Below, piece by piece: positions 24,046-37,609 of a stretch of DNA of 64,000 bases. The position numbers and the translations under genes were made by a program. The first letter of the stretch is position 1; each line of letters starts with the position of its first letter. The stretch comes from Octopus bimaculoides (Eukaryota), in contig NC_068986.1 in assembly GCF_001194135.2 (NCBI RefSeq), positions 1,511,997 through 1,575,996 on the forward strand, read 5' to 3'. The notes under the pieces are model-generated. The model saw only the letters and a program-made list of their open reading frames with translations. It was not told where the DNA came from and did no database searches.

Positions 24046-26209
24046 AGGCACCTATATGTCTGTGGCTTTCAGTTGGCTAAAATTACCCAAAATTTGCAAA
24101 CTTTAAAAGCTATTAACTGTTTATTTATTGATTTATGGTGAAAAAGAAATGTCGTATCAATAATTAGCAGACAAAAAACTACATCAATTTGAAATCAATT
24201 GGAACAAAACTGAAAATATTGAAAAGTGACAACCAAACTGGACAAAATCCCTTAATTTTACTACAAATGTACATCTCACCCTCAACAGTTTAGAATGGAG
24301 AACTGTGCCTGTATTTCATTTGTAATGACATACTTCTGTGAACATGGATTCGGTTCACTTTTGTCACTCAAGACAAAACCTGGGAATCACTAGCATCCAC
24401 AGTCAGACCTGTGGATCACATTTGGTAAGGAACTTTCATGTTCTAACAAAGTTATGAATAGGAAGCAGCAGGAATAAAGAAGCAATTGAATCTTATGTTC
24501 ACCAATTGTGACTAATTTACTAATGTGACTGATAACAGTTTTTTACTTGGTTTATATTTGCATTTATGTGTGAGTGCCATCTAGAAAAGCACCCATGTCG
24601 GTGCCATGTATAAGGCACCTGTGATGGTGCCATGTTTAAAGCACCCATATTGGTGCTACATATAATGTACCTGTGCTGGCTCCATGTATAAAACATCCAG
24701 TACACTCTGTAAAGTGGTTGGCATTAGGAAGGGCATCTAGCTGTAGAAACCATGCCAAAATGGACAACTGGAGCCTGATCAGCTCTCCGGCTGGCCAGAT
24801 CCTATTAAACTTATGCCAACATGGAAAACAGATGTTAAATGATGATGAAGATAATGGTTTTTAGGCACTGAGTTAAAAGTTTATTTTTAAAATTTTTGTT
24901 CACTCACGTTACTGGACGTGATTCAATTTGAAAGAAAAACGAAATTAACCATTAGAAAACTGACCTTTTCTTCTTCAAATGTGACATTAGTTTTGTAGGG
25001 GAGCATGAAAATTAATCAAATGTTTTCTAAGAGTGTGCAGCATAGAAAAGGTTGGGATACACTGCTTTAAAAGAGAGAAGGTGAAGAGTTGTTGAGAGAA
25101 GCTCATAATGACATTGTGGAGAGCAAAGGATGAAAGGTCAGTAATTTTGCCTGAGGTGAAATGTCTAGAAAGATCAATAATCATAAATCGTAATGAGCCA
25201 CAAACGAGGATAATATACTGACTATGATTGATCAATGTATTGACAAATTGACTACAAATCATTTTTTTTCTTTCTATTATTGAGCTTGATTTTACTCAAG
25301 AAGAATGATGTATAATGTATAATGTGAGATATGGAGATGAATCAATCATTTATATCGTTAAATATTTCATTGGAGGATTCAGTAATTATTTGGGTTGAAT
25401 TCATTAATTTTGCGAAATCTAGTTTTAAAGGTTTGAATTCAAATGTTATATGAAAATTTTCCAAAGTTATTCCTGCCTTTCTTGTGTTGGCCATTCTTCA
25501 TGTGTGTTTCTATATTTCAAAGAGATGAGTAAGTTAAGAAGCCCTGATCTAGTAGGCCTATGATCAAAGATGCTCCAGTTGTGACCATCCCATCTTTTTT
25601 CCCACCAAAACGGTATAATTAGAATTACCTTTCCAGTATATCTTACCATTTTTTAAAAACAATATGATGACTCAAGAGAAATTTGGCTGCTTTTGCTAGG
25701 AAGCTGAATACAACCACGTAGAAGTTTCTTCGTTAGATTGACTATATTGATGAAGGGCAATGGAAATGACTAACATTCCAGCGTCTGTGACTCGCATTAC
25801 CATCTCCTCACAACAATAATTCTGTTCCTCTCATCACCTTGCCAAGAATCATCACACACTCTCTCATGTCCTTCTTCCAAATGTGGCTGCTTTTAGTCTA
25901 CCTGGTCATAAGGTAACCTTATGCTCTAAGGTGGTGGTTGGCAGTAGGATTGGTGTCCAACCATAGAAACTACACTAAAACAGTTGAAGCACGATGTTGT
26001 CCTCCAACTTGTTGCATTTAAGTCAAAAACCATCCAACCCATTCTAATATGAAGGTAGATGTGAAATGATGTTGATGATATGTGTGTGTGTGTGTGTATT
26101 TTGCTTAGGCATTGCAAGACAAAAAAGCCCACTGTAGAACTCAAGATATGCTTGTTTCAGAACGAAGTGTTAGCTGAGTCTAAAGCGGTTATAAAAAAGA
26201 AAGAAAAAA

Positions 26210-26444
26210 TGACAAAGGAATAAATGATCATCTTATTAAGTTTGTTAGCTTTCAAGTGTTTCTACAATGAGATGCAGTGGACTCATAGCTGAGTGCCCGA
26301 GTAACACCTTATAGCTTATGTTCAAGGCTCTGATGAAGCTATAAGGGTGTTATTCAGGCACTCAGCTATGAGTTCACTGCATTTTATAGCAGAAACAGCT
26401 GGAAGCTAATGAAATTCATAAGATAATCATTTATTCTTTTGTCA
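26210..26444. repeat. 235-bp foldback (108/109-bp arms, 18-nt loop) containing a degenerate hammerhead on + (26326-26407)
   Basis: Hand alignment of arms 26210-26317 and 26336-26444: 16 mismatches and 1 gap. Right half reads GGCT-CTGATGA-A-GCTATAA...TTATAGC-A-GAAACAGCTG-GA-AGCT. Confidence 0.85.
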
Positions 26445-26490
26445 CCTCTATTTCATAAATATATATATCATCAACATCATCATCATCATA

Positions 26491-26521
<31 letters not shown>

Positions 26522-27116
26522 NNNNNNNNNNNNNNNNNNNNNNNNNNNNNNNNNNNNNNNNNNNNNNNNNNNNNNNNNNNNNNNNNNNNNNNNNNNNNNN
26601 NNNNNNNNNNNNNNNNNNNNNNNNNNNNNNNNNNNNNNNNNNNNNNNNNNNNNNNNNNNNNNNNNNNNNNNNNNNNNNNNNNNNNNNNNNNNNNNNNNNN
26701 NNNNNNNNNNNNNNNNNNNNNNNNNNNNNNNNNNNNNNNNNNNNNNNNNNNNNNNNNNNNNNNNNNNNNNNNNNNNNNNNNNNNNNNNNNNNNNNNNNNN
26801 NNNNNNNNNNNNNNNNNNNNNNNNNNNNNNNNNNNNNNNNNNNNNNNNNNNNNNNNNNNNNTAATACCTAAGACATTTATTATGAAAATATACTTCAATA
26901 ATGATACTATACAAATAGGAAATGTAGAATTCTGTAGCCCCATAAAAGTAGTAATTCCCTTCTACAATGGTCACAGTGAAGAAAAGAAAAGACACTTGCT
27001 AGTGAAAGTTCTTTGTCCGATGACAAATAGCCATATAACTACTTGCTGGTAGAAGAAAAGGGAAAGTGTGTGTGTGTGTGTGTGTGCGTGCGTGTGTATG
27101 TGTGCGTGCGTGTGTA

Positions 27117-27161
<45 letters not shown>

Positions 27162-27330
27162 TATTTGTAACGATGCAGTTTCAGTTTATAAGAAGTAGTC
27201 TTCAGAAACAATATTTGCCCAAGCATTAGGAATATGGAAAACTGAAAGAGACTCTGCATTCAGGTATGGTTGCATTTTACAAGATTCTTTATACAAGCAG
27301 TAATTTATTTTCTGAAGATATATCAATGAA

Positions 27331-28315
27331 AATACTTCTGTTATGCAAGCAAGTTTTGAAGTGTGTGAGATATTTGCAAAGTAAGTGGAACTGCACATGG
27401 AAGGTGAGTTGGTTGAAGAGTCTATAGTTGCTGTTGCATGAACTTTAACTCAAGAAGCTGTGAGATTGTTTGAGAATATTAGTTTATCACGGAGGACAGT
27501 TTCTGACCATACAAAAGACATGGCTAATGATATCCAAGTATCCATGAAACAAGCAATATCATAATTTGTGTTTTATTCAATGGATAACACAACAAATATG
27601 GAAAATACAACACAGTTGCTTATATTTTAAAATGGCATAACAGTAAACTTTATGACAAAAGATCTGCTTGCTTTAAAATCAATGCATACAACTATAAAAA
27701 TTGGATGAGATATGACGGCTCGGCCGTCTCTCCCCAGTTCTTATATTAATCATTAAATCCAGAAATACAACAACACGAGGGATAACGGTAACGACAGATC
27801 AATAGTTTATTCTAGGTTGGTGTAGAGCCGTTTTGTTCCTGGGTGAATAGGCATGCCGCTAGAACACCAAAGAAGCTTCGACCACATGTCGGGGTCGAGT
27901 TGTGTGAATACCTGTTGTCACCACCGCTGCTAGAGAGAGAAGAGATACGTGTTGTCACCACCGCTGCTAGAGAGAAAAGAGAGATCGAACGCTATTGCTC
28001 TCTCTCCACCTGTTGCATTGCGCATGCGTGCTCGGGTACTTCCACTGACGGCAAGTCCCTTGCACATGTGAAATGCCACTTCCCAAGATGGCGGCCAATG
28101 GCGGCCACACGCGCCACTACACAACTATCAAAAGCAATCTTTTTCTTGAGGTGAAATCAATAATAAGTAATTTCAATTTATTCTACAATAAACTTAGTGC
28201 GACATGAATGGTGGAATATCAAAGTGGCCTCATTGATTTAAACAAGAAAAAATAAGAGAACAATCAGCTTGAATCTAATACCTTAATAGTGTATCACTGT
28301 CTTAACCACTGCCAG
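27331..28315 (+). mobile_element. Fossil hAT transposase (SPIN/GTF2IRD2-like) split by an insertion
   Basis: With in-frame stops: QASFEVCEIFAK*...EGELVEE...LFENISLSRRTV...QLLIF*...DLLALKSMHTT; resumes at 28124 as TIKSNLFLEV...YHCLNH (CxxH motif). Confidence 0.85.
27706..28123 (-). mobile_element. LTR-like, CpG-rich insertion (solo-LTR candidate)
   Basis: TG...CA ends; AATAAA on minus strand near 27806-27811; internal 37-bp tandem duplication (27913/27950); interrupts the hAT reading frame; no canonical 4-6 bp TSD seen. Confidence 0.55.
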
Positions 28316-28404
28316 ATTTATTGGACATCCTGCAGGATGAAAAACAAAATCCATCAAAGGGTAGAAGAATTCAAGAGAGTCAAAAGACATCCAATAATGT
28401 GTGA

Positions 28405-28950
28405 AGGCTTGTGGCTTAGTGGTTAGGGTGTTGCACTCATGATTGTGAGATCATGGGTTTGATTCCCAAACTGGCTGTGCATTTTGTTCTTGAGCAAAAT
28501 GCTTCATGTTGTTCTAGTCCACTCAGCTGTAAATGGATAAACTTGAGAGGGATTGACATACAACAATGAGATAGTTACTCAGGAAAACCACCTGAATTGA
28601 GGTCTCATGAACTCCATGTTGTATTCAGTAACTGAAAAGACGAATAGTACAACCTGTATTGTGAATTGCTTGGCTAAGTGGTTACAGAATTGGGCTCATA
28701 ATCATGAGGTAGTGATTCCTAGACTGGGTTGTGTGTTCTGTTCTTGAGCAAGGCATTTTATTTTCACATTGCTCCAGGTCACTCAGCTGTAGAAATGAGT
28801 TGCGATGTTACTGGTGTCAAGCTTTTCCCTTGGATAAAATCAGTGGCATGGAAAAGGAAGACTGGTATGCATGGGTGACTACTGGTTTTCTATAAGCAAC
28901 CTTGCCTGGACTTAAGTCTTGGAGGGAAACTTCCTAGGTGCAATCTCATA
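28405..28950 (+). mobile_element. Two tandem family-D tRNA-headed SINEs
   Basis: Heads gtggcttagtggttagggtgttg / ...ttcttgagcaa...ccactcagctgta; related copies at 14175-14320 and 41580-41840. Confidence 0.7.
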
Positions 28951-29962
28951 CTAAGGGGTTCTTTACAGTGAATTCTGACTAGTTGGAATTGGTTGTTCAA
29001 CCACATTGAAGGATGATGACTGGAATTTATATGTACTTTCTTTAAGAGTGAGGAATATGATGAAAGGGGGAACTAAATGTGTTAACTTCATGAAAAAAGT
29101 AAGAACCACAGAAAATTTAAAGAAATTTTGAAAAATGTTGTAGTGGAAAATGGTGAGTAACTATTGTACCATTCTAAAGTTTATTGGCTGACGTGGTTAA
29201 ATTGGTGTGTTGGTTGAACTGTTGATGCATACACCCAAGTGTGAGCATCTATTCACGTAAGAATCTCAGATGGAGAATTTTTGGAATGAATAACAAATCT
29301 TAACTGTGCCACTAATAGATTAGATTTGGAGAATCCTTGTCAGTTTCTTTTGCTCTTTTTTTTGTGAAACTGAGTATTTCTAGGTTTTTGTTGGTACATA
29401 ACCTAATGTGCCTATGATGATAGGTACAATATGTACGTATGTATGTATGTATGTATGTATGTATGTATGTATGTACGTATGTACGTATGTACGTATGTAT
29501 GTATGTATGTATGTATGTAAGCATGTATGCATGCATGCATTCATGTATGTATATATTTACACATGCATGTATCTATAAACTACCTGAAATATATTTCAAA
29601 GCTTGAAAAAGCAGAATCTAGAATTAATGCTGGATTGTTTCAAATTTCTTTTATCAATTTTTTAGATTTACAAATTCAAATCTCAAACTCTGGATAACCA
29701 AAATTCTTTTCGATAAAATGCCAGAGAAAAATTCCTCATTATTTGGAATTGGAGTCTATTTCTTCAGTCTGATAACAATTTGATATAGAAATTTAATAGT
29801 CAATCTCTTTTGGAATTTCACAAATTCTATGTAGATATTGCAGTGTAGTTAAGAAGCTTACTTCCTAACTATGTAGTCTCAGGTTCAATCCTACCTGAAC
29901 CAAGTGCCTTCTGCTAACCAAAGCTTTGAGGGTAGATTTGGTAGATGGAAAATGTAGGAAAC

Positions 29963-30008
<46 letters not shown>

Positions 30009-30391
30009 NNNNNNNNNNTATATATATATGTATATATATGAGTGGTTGGTGTTAGGAAGGGCATCCAGCTGTAGAAACTCTGCCAAATCAGATTGGAGCC
30101 TGGTGTAGCCATCTGGTTTCACCAGTCCTCAGTCAAATCGTCCAACCCACGCTAGTATGGAAAGCGGACATAAAACAATGATGATGATGATGTTGTATTG
30201 AGTATGCTGCCACACCCGATCCCACCAATTTTCAAGTAGGGGTAAACAATGGTTTTCCATTAAGATTTGTGATTAAATCAATGAGGAAAGTGAATATCTA
30301 TAATGAATTTGCCATTTTCAATGGATGTGCAGCGCACACCTAGCACACCCAGAATATACACCCCTGATATATCTATTTATATATATATATA

Positions 30392-30456
<65 letters not shown>

Positions 30457-30600
30457 NNNNNNNNNNNNNNNNNNNNNNNNNNNNNNNNNNNNNNNNNNNN
30501 NNNNNNNNNNNNNNNNNNNNNNNNNNNNNNNNNNNNNNNNNNNNNNNNNNNNNNNNNNNNNNNNNNNNNNNNNNNNNNNNNNNNNNNNNNNNNNNNNNNN

Positions 30601-30644
<44 letters not shown>

Positions 30645-32530
30645 TCATACATACACACACACACATATACATGTATATATATGGATGCATGTGTTTGTGT
30701 GTACCCTTGTCTTGACACCATGTGATGTTCGCAAATGAGCACCACTACCATACAAGCAATACTGTTCATCTCTAATCTTCAGTGAAGATCATGTCTGGTC
30801 ACGGGGAAATATTATCTTGCGTATAAATGGCTAAGGGTTGGTGACAAAAAGGGCACCGGACCATAGAAATTTGCCTCAACGAATTCCATCCAACCCATGC
30901 CAGGGTGGAAAAGAAGATGTTAAATGATGATGATGATGAATCTGGGCAATACAATTTTCTCATTAAGATAAGAAGATTCATTAAATTTAATACAATATAT
31001 ATTTATACTCTGCAGGATTTTTGGTGTTGTGGCATTCAAGATCATTATAATTATCAGGATAATTAATAAATACATTTTAATTAATGCTGCTAAGTGCGAT
31101 AGCGTGCATATTTATGCGTTTGTAAAATTAAAGCTTCATTACTTTTTCAGAACAAATGGATTCCCACAGTTTCTCAGTCATTAACAATTAATTCTTCCTT
31201 CTTACTGCCTATGTAGGCAGTTAATCAGCTAGAAATAGCAGCCAAATAATCCTCCAAAAATATTCTACCATCTAAAAAAAATATAATAGAAACATTAGAT
31301 AATGTTCTCCAAGGTACACTATGCCTGTGAGGCTCAAATCCATATCTTCTGTAAACATGATAGAAAATTTGTATCATATCTCTTGGACTTTCGAAATTCT
31401 TACGATATGAACAACATTAAACAACATACAGTCCTTGTTGGTAAGAACAAAACTTCAAAATTGGATGGAGAATATTTGAAGGACTGCTTTGATGGAGGGA
31501 TGTTTCATATTTACAGATGTGTGTTCAAATCCTATAGGTAACTTTTGATATTGTTTTTCATCCAAGAGTTTCTTTTTTGAACCCAATATTGTGCACTTTG
31601 TTATTTATAGCTTTACCTACTTTGAGTTCTACAATTAAAAACAATTAATTTTATATCTTTTAAAGTTTCTAAATTCTCATGATGTAAACACTCCCAGCCT
31701 ACACATATATAGATGGACAGATGTGCATGTATATATACATATGTACATGAACACATACAAACACGAGTATGTGTGCATAAATGTTTACGTCCTAATTGTC
31801 TTAACATGAAATAAAACAAGCAAAATAAGAGCATTGTGGTTCACTTGAATCATTGTAATATTGAATCCTACATAACTGGACTCTTCTTAAACTGTTCTGT
31901 TCTTCTGAAGATGGGATTCTGAGCCCAAAATATAGGTTTTACTAAACTTTCTGCATTGTCAGAAGCTGTCTATTTTCCCTCTTTTGAAATCAAACAAAAT
32001 GTGCAAGTGTTGTTTACATCCCCCAGAAGCAATACATCCTGTGGCTCTGCACTTCCAACTAGTGGCAACCAATGGCATAAAAAATATCCTTTGTAAAACA
32101 ATTGGGAATTTGGAAACAGGAAGTGCATCTGAACAAATAATACTGTGCCATGGAAACATGAATACAAACAATTGAATGAATTCTGTGTACAATTAGTGTC
32201 AAGGTATTTAATGTAGGGAAGAGTATTAATAACCTAATTAGAAATAATTATGAGCATGCATGTATGTATATCTATAAATCTATTCATATATATATATATA
32301 TATATATNNNNNNNNNNNNNNNNNNNNNNNNNNNNNNNNNNNNNNNNNNNNNNNNNNNNNNNNNNNNNNNNNNNNNNNNNNNNNNNNNNNNNNNNNNNNN
32401 NNNNNNNNNNNNNNNNNNNNNNNNNNNNNNNNNNNNNNNNNNNNNNNNNNNNNNNNNNNNNNNNNNNNNNNNNNNNNNNNNNNNNNNNNNNNNNNNNNNN
32501 NNNNNNNNNNNNNNNNNNNNNNNNNNNNNN

Positions 32531-32598
<68 letters not shown>

Positions 32599-33334
32599 AA
32601 TGGCTCAGCAGCCATCAGAAAGAGACTGACTACCAGCACCATGTGAAAAACATGTGAACTTCCAAGACTGACAAAGATTAAATTAATCCATTGCAGTTTA
32701 TTTTCCCTTCTCTTACAACACAATGAAATCATTTTAAAATTGATGGAAACCAGTGGCATATTTTCTTTCTTTTGTGCATGATGAAGTTCTTGATGAATTT
32801 TCTTTTTGTTTTTTAATGTAAATTTACTCATGCGAAACCACTTAACCTTTCCAACACAGACACACAACATGCTTTCATATAGTAGCTACAAGTTTCAGTT
32901 ACAAAGCACTGGTCAACATGGGGCCATAGTGGAAAATACTTGACCAAGGTGTTATAGTAAGAAAGAACGCAAAACCACGTAATTATGAAGCAAACCCTGA
33001 ATCTACATAACCACGCTGGCCCCTAATTGTTTGCTCATAGAATTTGGATCAGATGGAATCTATAAATGCAGTATCAATGGAAATGGATAAACTGCTAACG
33101 AAGAGAGCTGCATGTATCATTTTTTTATTCATTTATCTTAGAATTCTCAAAGCACTAATGAAATTTATAGAATGGAGCAAACGTTGGGTTCATTCATTGG
33201 TCAATGTGGACCATGTAATTTGCGTATGTATAAGTAGGTCTAGGCAAGATGACTTTGAGGAAGACCAGCAACTGCCCATGCAGGCAAGTTTTTCCTATCC
33301 ATGATATTGATATTTATCTGAGGACAAGGTAATA

Positions 33335-33775
33335 AGCTGGCAGACTCGTTAGCAAGCAGGGCGAAATGCTTAGCGACATTTCATCCGTTTTTACATTATG
33401 AGTTCAAATTTGCTGAGGTTGACTTTGTCTTTCATCCTTTCGGGGTTGATAAAATAAGTACCAGTTGAATATTGGAGTGGAGAGGTGGGGTGATGTAATC
33501 GTCATACCCGCTCGCCGAAATTGCTGGCCTTGTGCCAAAATTTGAAACCAATATTTATTATTTCTTTACTGCCCAGAAGGGGCTGCACACAGAGAGGACA
33601 AACAAGGACAAAGGGATTATATTGACCCCAGTGTGAAACTGGTACTTATTAAATCGACCCCAAAAGGATGAAAGGCAAAGTTGACCTCGGCGGAATTTGA
33701 ACTCAGAATGTAGTGGCAGACAAAATACCGCTAAGCATTTCGCTTGGCATGCTAACATTTCTACCAGCTCGCCAG
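33335..33775. mobile_element. Tail-to-tail family-B SINE pair (+ 33335-33552, - 33555-33775)
   Basis: Adjacent opposite-orientation homologs. Confidence 0.8.
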
Positions 33776-34821
33776 CTAATGTTTCTGCCAGTTCGAAACC
33801 AATATTTATCTGAGGGAAAGATTGCTGACTTGGGTTGGCACAGTCTCATACTAGTATTGTCACAGGAATTGTTTACAGACTGCAAAGAACCAGAATAAAT
33901 GTTTGCAAGGCATTCTCACCCAAACTTGAACAGTTCTGCTGATCCATCACTCATCATTGCTTAATGTCCACTTTCCAAGATGGCAGGAGTTAGACTGATC
34001 TACAGGATCTGACGAGCCGCAAAGCTGTGTCGAGCTGCAGTGTCAGCTTTGGCATAGTCTCTATGGTTGGATGCCCTTTCTATTGCCAACCACTTTACAG
34101 AGTGTATTGTGGAGCTTTTTTCATGAAACCAGCACCACTGAGGTTGCTGAGTAACTTGCAAAACAGGAAAAGGACAAGAATAGAGGAAAATGGAAAACTG
34201 AATTGGTAATATTTTATTTACTTTGAAATAATGAGAGGCAAAACTGAACATTACAGGATTTGAACTCAGAGTGTTGGACATCAGAGCAAATACTGAGCAG
34301 CTTTCTATCCAAAACTCTAATGACTCTGCCAAGATGCCATCATAAATATATAAATTAAATCAAATAAAATTGATCAGATTGGAGCCTGGTGCAGCCTTCT
34401 GGCTTGCCAGTCCTCAGTCAAATTGTCCGACCCATGCTAGCATGGAAAGCAGACGTTAAACGATGATGATGATGATGTAAAAAAATACAATTGATTTTTC
34501 AAAGCTGTCCTGTGATTATCAAAGGGATCATATATTGAAATACATTTATAATAAATAATAATTTTTGAAAGTCTAAGAATTGGTAAATGGGTGAGAGGAA
34601 TCATTGGTTTCTTCAAATACATAGGAAAACATATGGTGCCATGGACTTAGCAGGGAAGAGAATAAATCAGTGTAGAAATAAATGCTGATGGTTTACAGCA
34701 ATTAATAGGTGTAACAGTTGCAGGCCAAGTGAAAACTTAATCGTGTTTAATGCTGCTGCCATACTAAGAAAACTGGGAAAGATAAAGTGGTAAAAATTAA
34801 TTATAAAAAACAGAGGAAATG

Positions 34822-34856
<35 letters not shown>

Positions 34857-34959
34857 ATGGCATGTGTGGGTGTATATGTATGTATCTACCCACACACACA
34901 CACACACAGAGTAATAGCCAAAAGCAACTCTCTAAAGAAATTAATATAGATCTGGAACG

Positions 34960-35433
34960 ATAATGATGATGATGATGTTGTTGAAGACGATAGTGATGAT
35001 GTTGTTGATGATAATGATGATGATGATGACAACCATCTTCATCATCATCATTTTCATCATCAGCAGTATTCTTTTATTCTTTTACTTGTTTCAGTGATTT
35101 GACTGCGGCCATGCTGGAACACCACCTTTAGTCGAATAAATCGACCCCAGGACTTATTCTTTGTAAGCCTAGTACTTGTTTTATTGATCTCTTTTGCCGA
35201 ATTGCTAAGTTACAGGGATGTAAATACACCAAGCAATGGTAGGGGGACAAACATAGACATACAAACACAAGCACACACACACAACACACACACATGCACA
35301 CAACGGGCTTCTTTCAGTTTCCATCTACCAAATTCACTCACAAGGCTTTGGTCGGCCCGAGGCTATAGTAAAAGTTGATGATGATGATGGTAATGGTGAT
35401 GTTGATGGTATCAGACCCAGTGACAAAGTTTGT

Positions 35434-35479
<46 letters not shown>

Positions 35480-35700
35480 CAACAATAATAAAGATTGTGC
35501 CACCGATAAGGATGATGGTGGAAACAAATAATAGTGATGAAGATGATGATGATGACAGTAATGAAAATGCTAATGAATGTGACAGATGCTAAAGATGACA
35601 ATGACTTGTGATAATGTCACAAAAAATATCGATGATGTTGGCAATAATATTGATGATGATGGTGATGATGATGACGATGATGATGATGATGACGATGATG

Positions 35701-35731
<31 letters not shown>

Positions 35732-36270
35732 CGATGGTGGTGATGATGATGACGATGATGATGATGATGACGATGATGGTGATGATGACGATGATGCTGA
35801 TGACGATGATGGTGATGATGACAATGATGGTGATGATGACGATGATGGTGATGATGACGATGATGGTGATGATGACGATGGTGGTGATGATGATGTTGAT
35901 GATGATGACGATGATGATGATGATGGTATTTCTGATTATCATGGTTTCGTTGATGTTGTTTATGATATTGATGAGGTTGGTGTTGATGAGGACTGTGGCA
36001 TTTGAAATAACGATCATATAACAGTGATAATGATATTGATGATAATGGTAGCCATGACAATGGTGATAATGATGATGATGATGATGATGATGATGATGGT
36101 ATAGATAATAATAGATTCTGGCATCAATGATAATGATAGTGATGATGATGATGCTAACAATAAACAGAATGATGATGATGGTGTGAGTGTTCATAACAAG
36201 GATGATTATATGTTCAACATACTAACGATAATGATGTTGATGATAACAACAACGATAATCATGATTTGGC
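34960..36270. repeat. Large (GAT)n-derived low-complexity region with 21-bp higher-order units (interrupted by a SINE at 35080-35375)
   Basis: Direct reading; source of the poly-D, poly-M and poly-H pseudo-ORFs. Confidence 0.9.
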
Positions 36271-36447
36271 AACCTATCAAGATTGCAGACCCCCCCCCCC
36301 CNNNNNNNNNNCTCCCTTTCTCTCTCGAGTCTGTCAGACAGCAGCAATACATGCAATGTTGCTATGGTGTAAATGTCTTTATGAAATCCACCCCACGTGA
36401 TCCATAATATATATATATATATATATATATAACTGTACATACACACA

Positions 36448-36485
<38 letters not shown>

Positions 36486-36559
36486 AAACTATATGTATGT
36501 ATGTATGCATATATATATGTGTGTGTGTGTGTGTGTATCTATACATACATACTTATATA

Positions 36560-36617
<58 letters not shown>

Positions 36618-36638
36618 TAGATAGATAGATAGATAGAT

Positions 36639-36687
<49 letters not shown>

Positions 36688-36864
36688 AATGTACATATGA
36701 GATACTCAGGATATAAAAATGATTGCTTTTTCCATGTGAAACGCTTCAAAATACTGAATCTGTCAGTGTTCACTGGTCCAGAATGGACTTGCTTGAGTAG
36801 ATAGCAATTTGTAATCTAGCAGTTGTTGGATGCTAAATGTGGCAACTACTGACGGTATTGAGAA

Positions 36865-36978
36865 CAAGAGAGACAGATAGAAAGAGAGAGAGAGAGACAG
36901 ATAGAAAGAGAGAGAGAGAGACAGATAGAAAGAGAGAGAGAGAGACAGATAGAAAGAGAGAGAGAGAGAGACAGATAG
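36865..36978 (+). repeat. Tandem gagacagatagaaagagagagaga units x about 4
   Basis: Direct reading. Confidence 0.85.
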
Positions 36979-37567
36979 TGAGATATATATATATGTATAT
37001 ATACATATCTGTCTATATATCATCATCATCATCGTTTAACGTCCGCTTTCCATGCTAGCATGGGTTGGACGATTTGACTGAGGACTGGTGAAACCGGATG
37101 GCAACACCAGGCTCCAGTCTGATTTGGCAGAGTTTCTACAGCTGGATGCCCTTCCTAACGCCAACCACTCAGAGAGTGTAGTGGGTGCTTTTACGTGTCN
37201 NNNNNNNNNNNNNNNNNNNNNNNNNNNNNNNNNNNNNNNNNNNNNNNNNNNNNNNNNNNNNNNNNNNNNNNNNNNNNNNNNNNNNNNNNNNNNNNNNNNN
37301 NNNNNNNNNNNNNNNNNNNNNNNNNNNNNNNNNNNNNNNNNNNNNNNNNNNNNNNNNNNNNNNNNNNNNNNNNNNNNNNNNNNNNNNNNNNNNNNNNNNN
37401 NNNNNNNNNNNNNNNNNNNNNNNNNNNNNNNNNNNNNNNNNNNNNNNNNNNNNNNNNNNNNNNNNNNNNNNNNNNNNNNNNNNNNNNNNNNNNNNNNNNN
37501 NNNNNNNNNNNNNNNNNNNNNNNNNNNNNNNNNNNNNNNNNNNNNNNNNNNNNNNNNNNNNNNNNNN

Positions 37568-37609
<42 letters not shown>

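Noticed and set aside
26431-27052. ORFs spanning N runs (also 30303-30769, 32250-32657, 37036-37988, 48933-49719)
   Set aside because: Open only because of assembly gaps.
35570-36194. Long poly-Asp/Met/His/Ile/Ser ORFs
   Set aside because: All frames are open because (GAT)n lacks stops; no splice context or domain.
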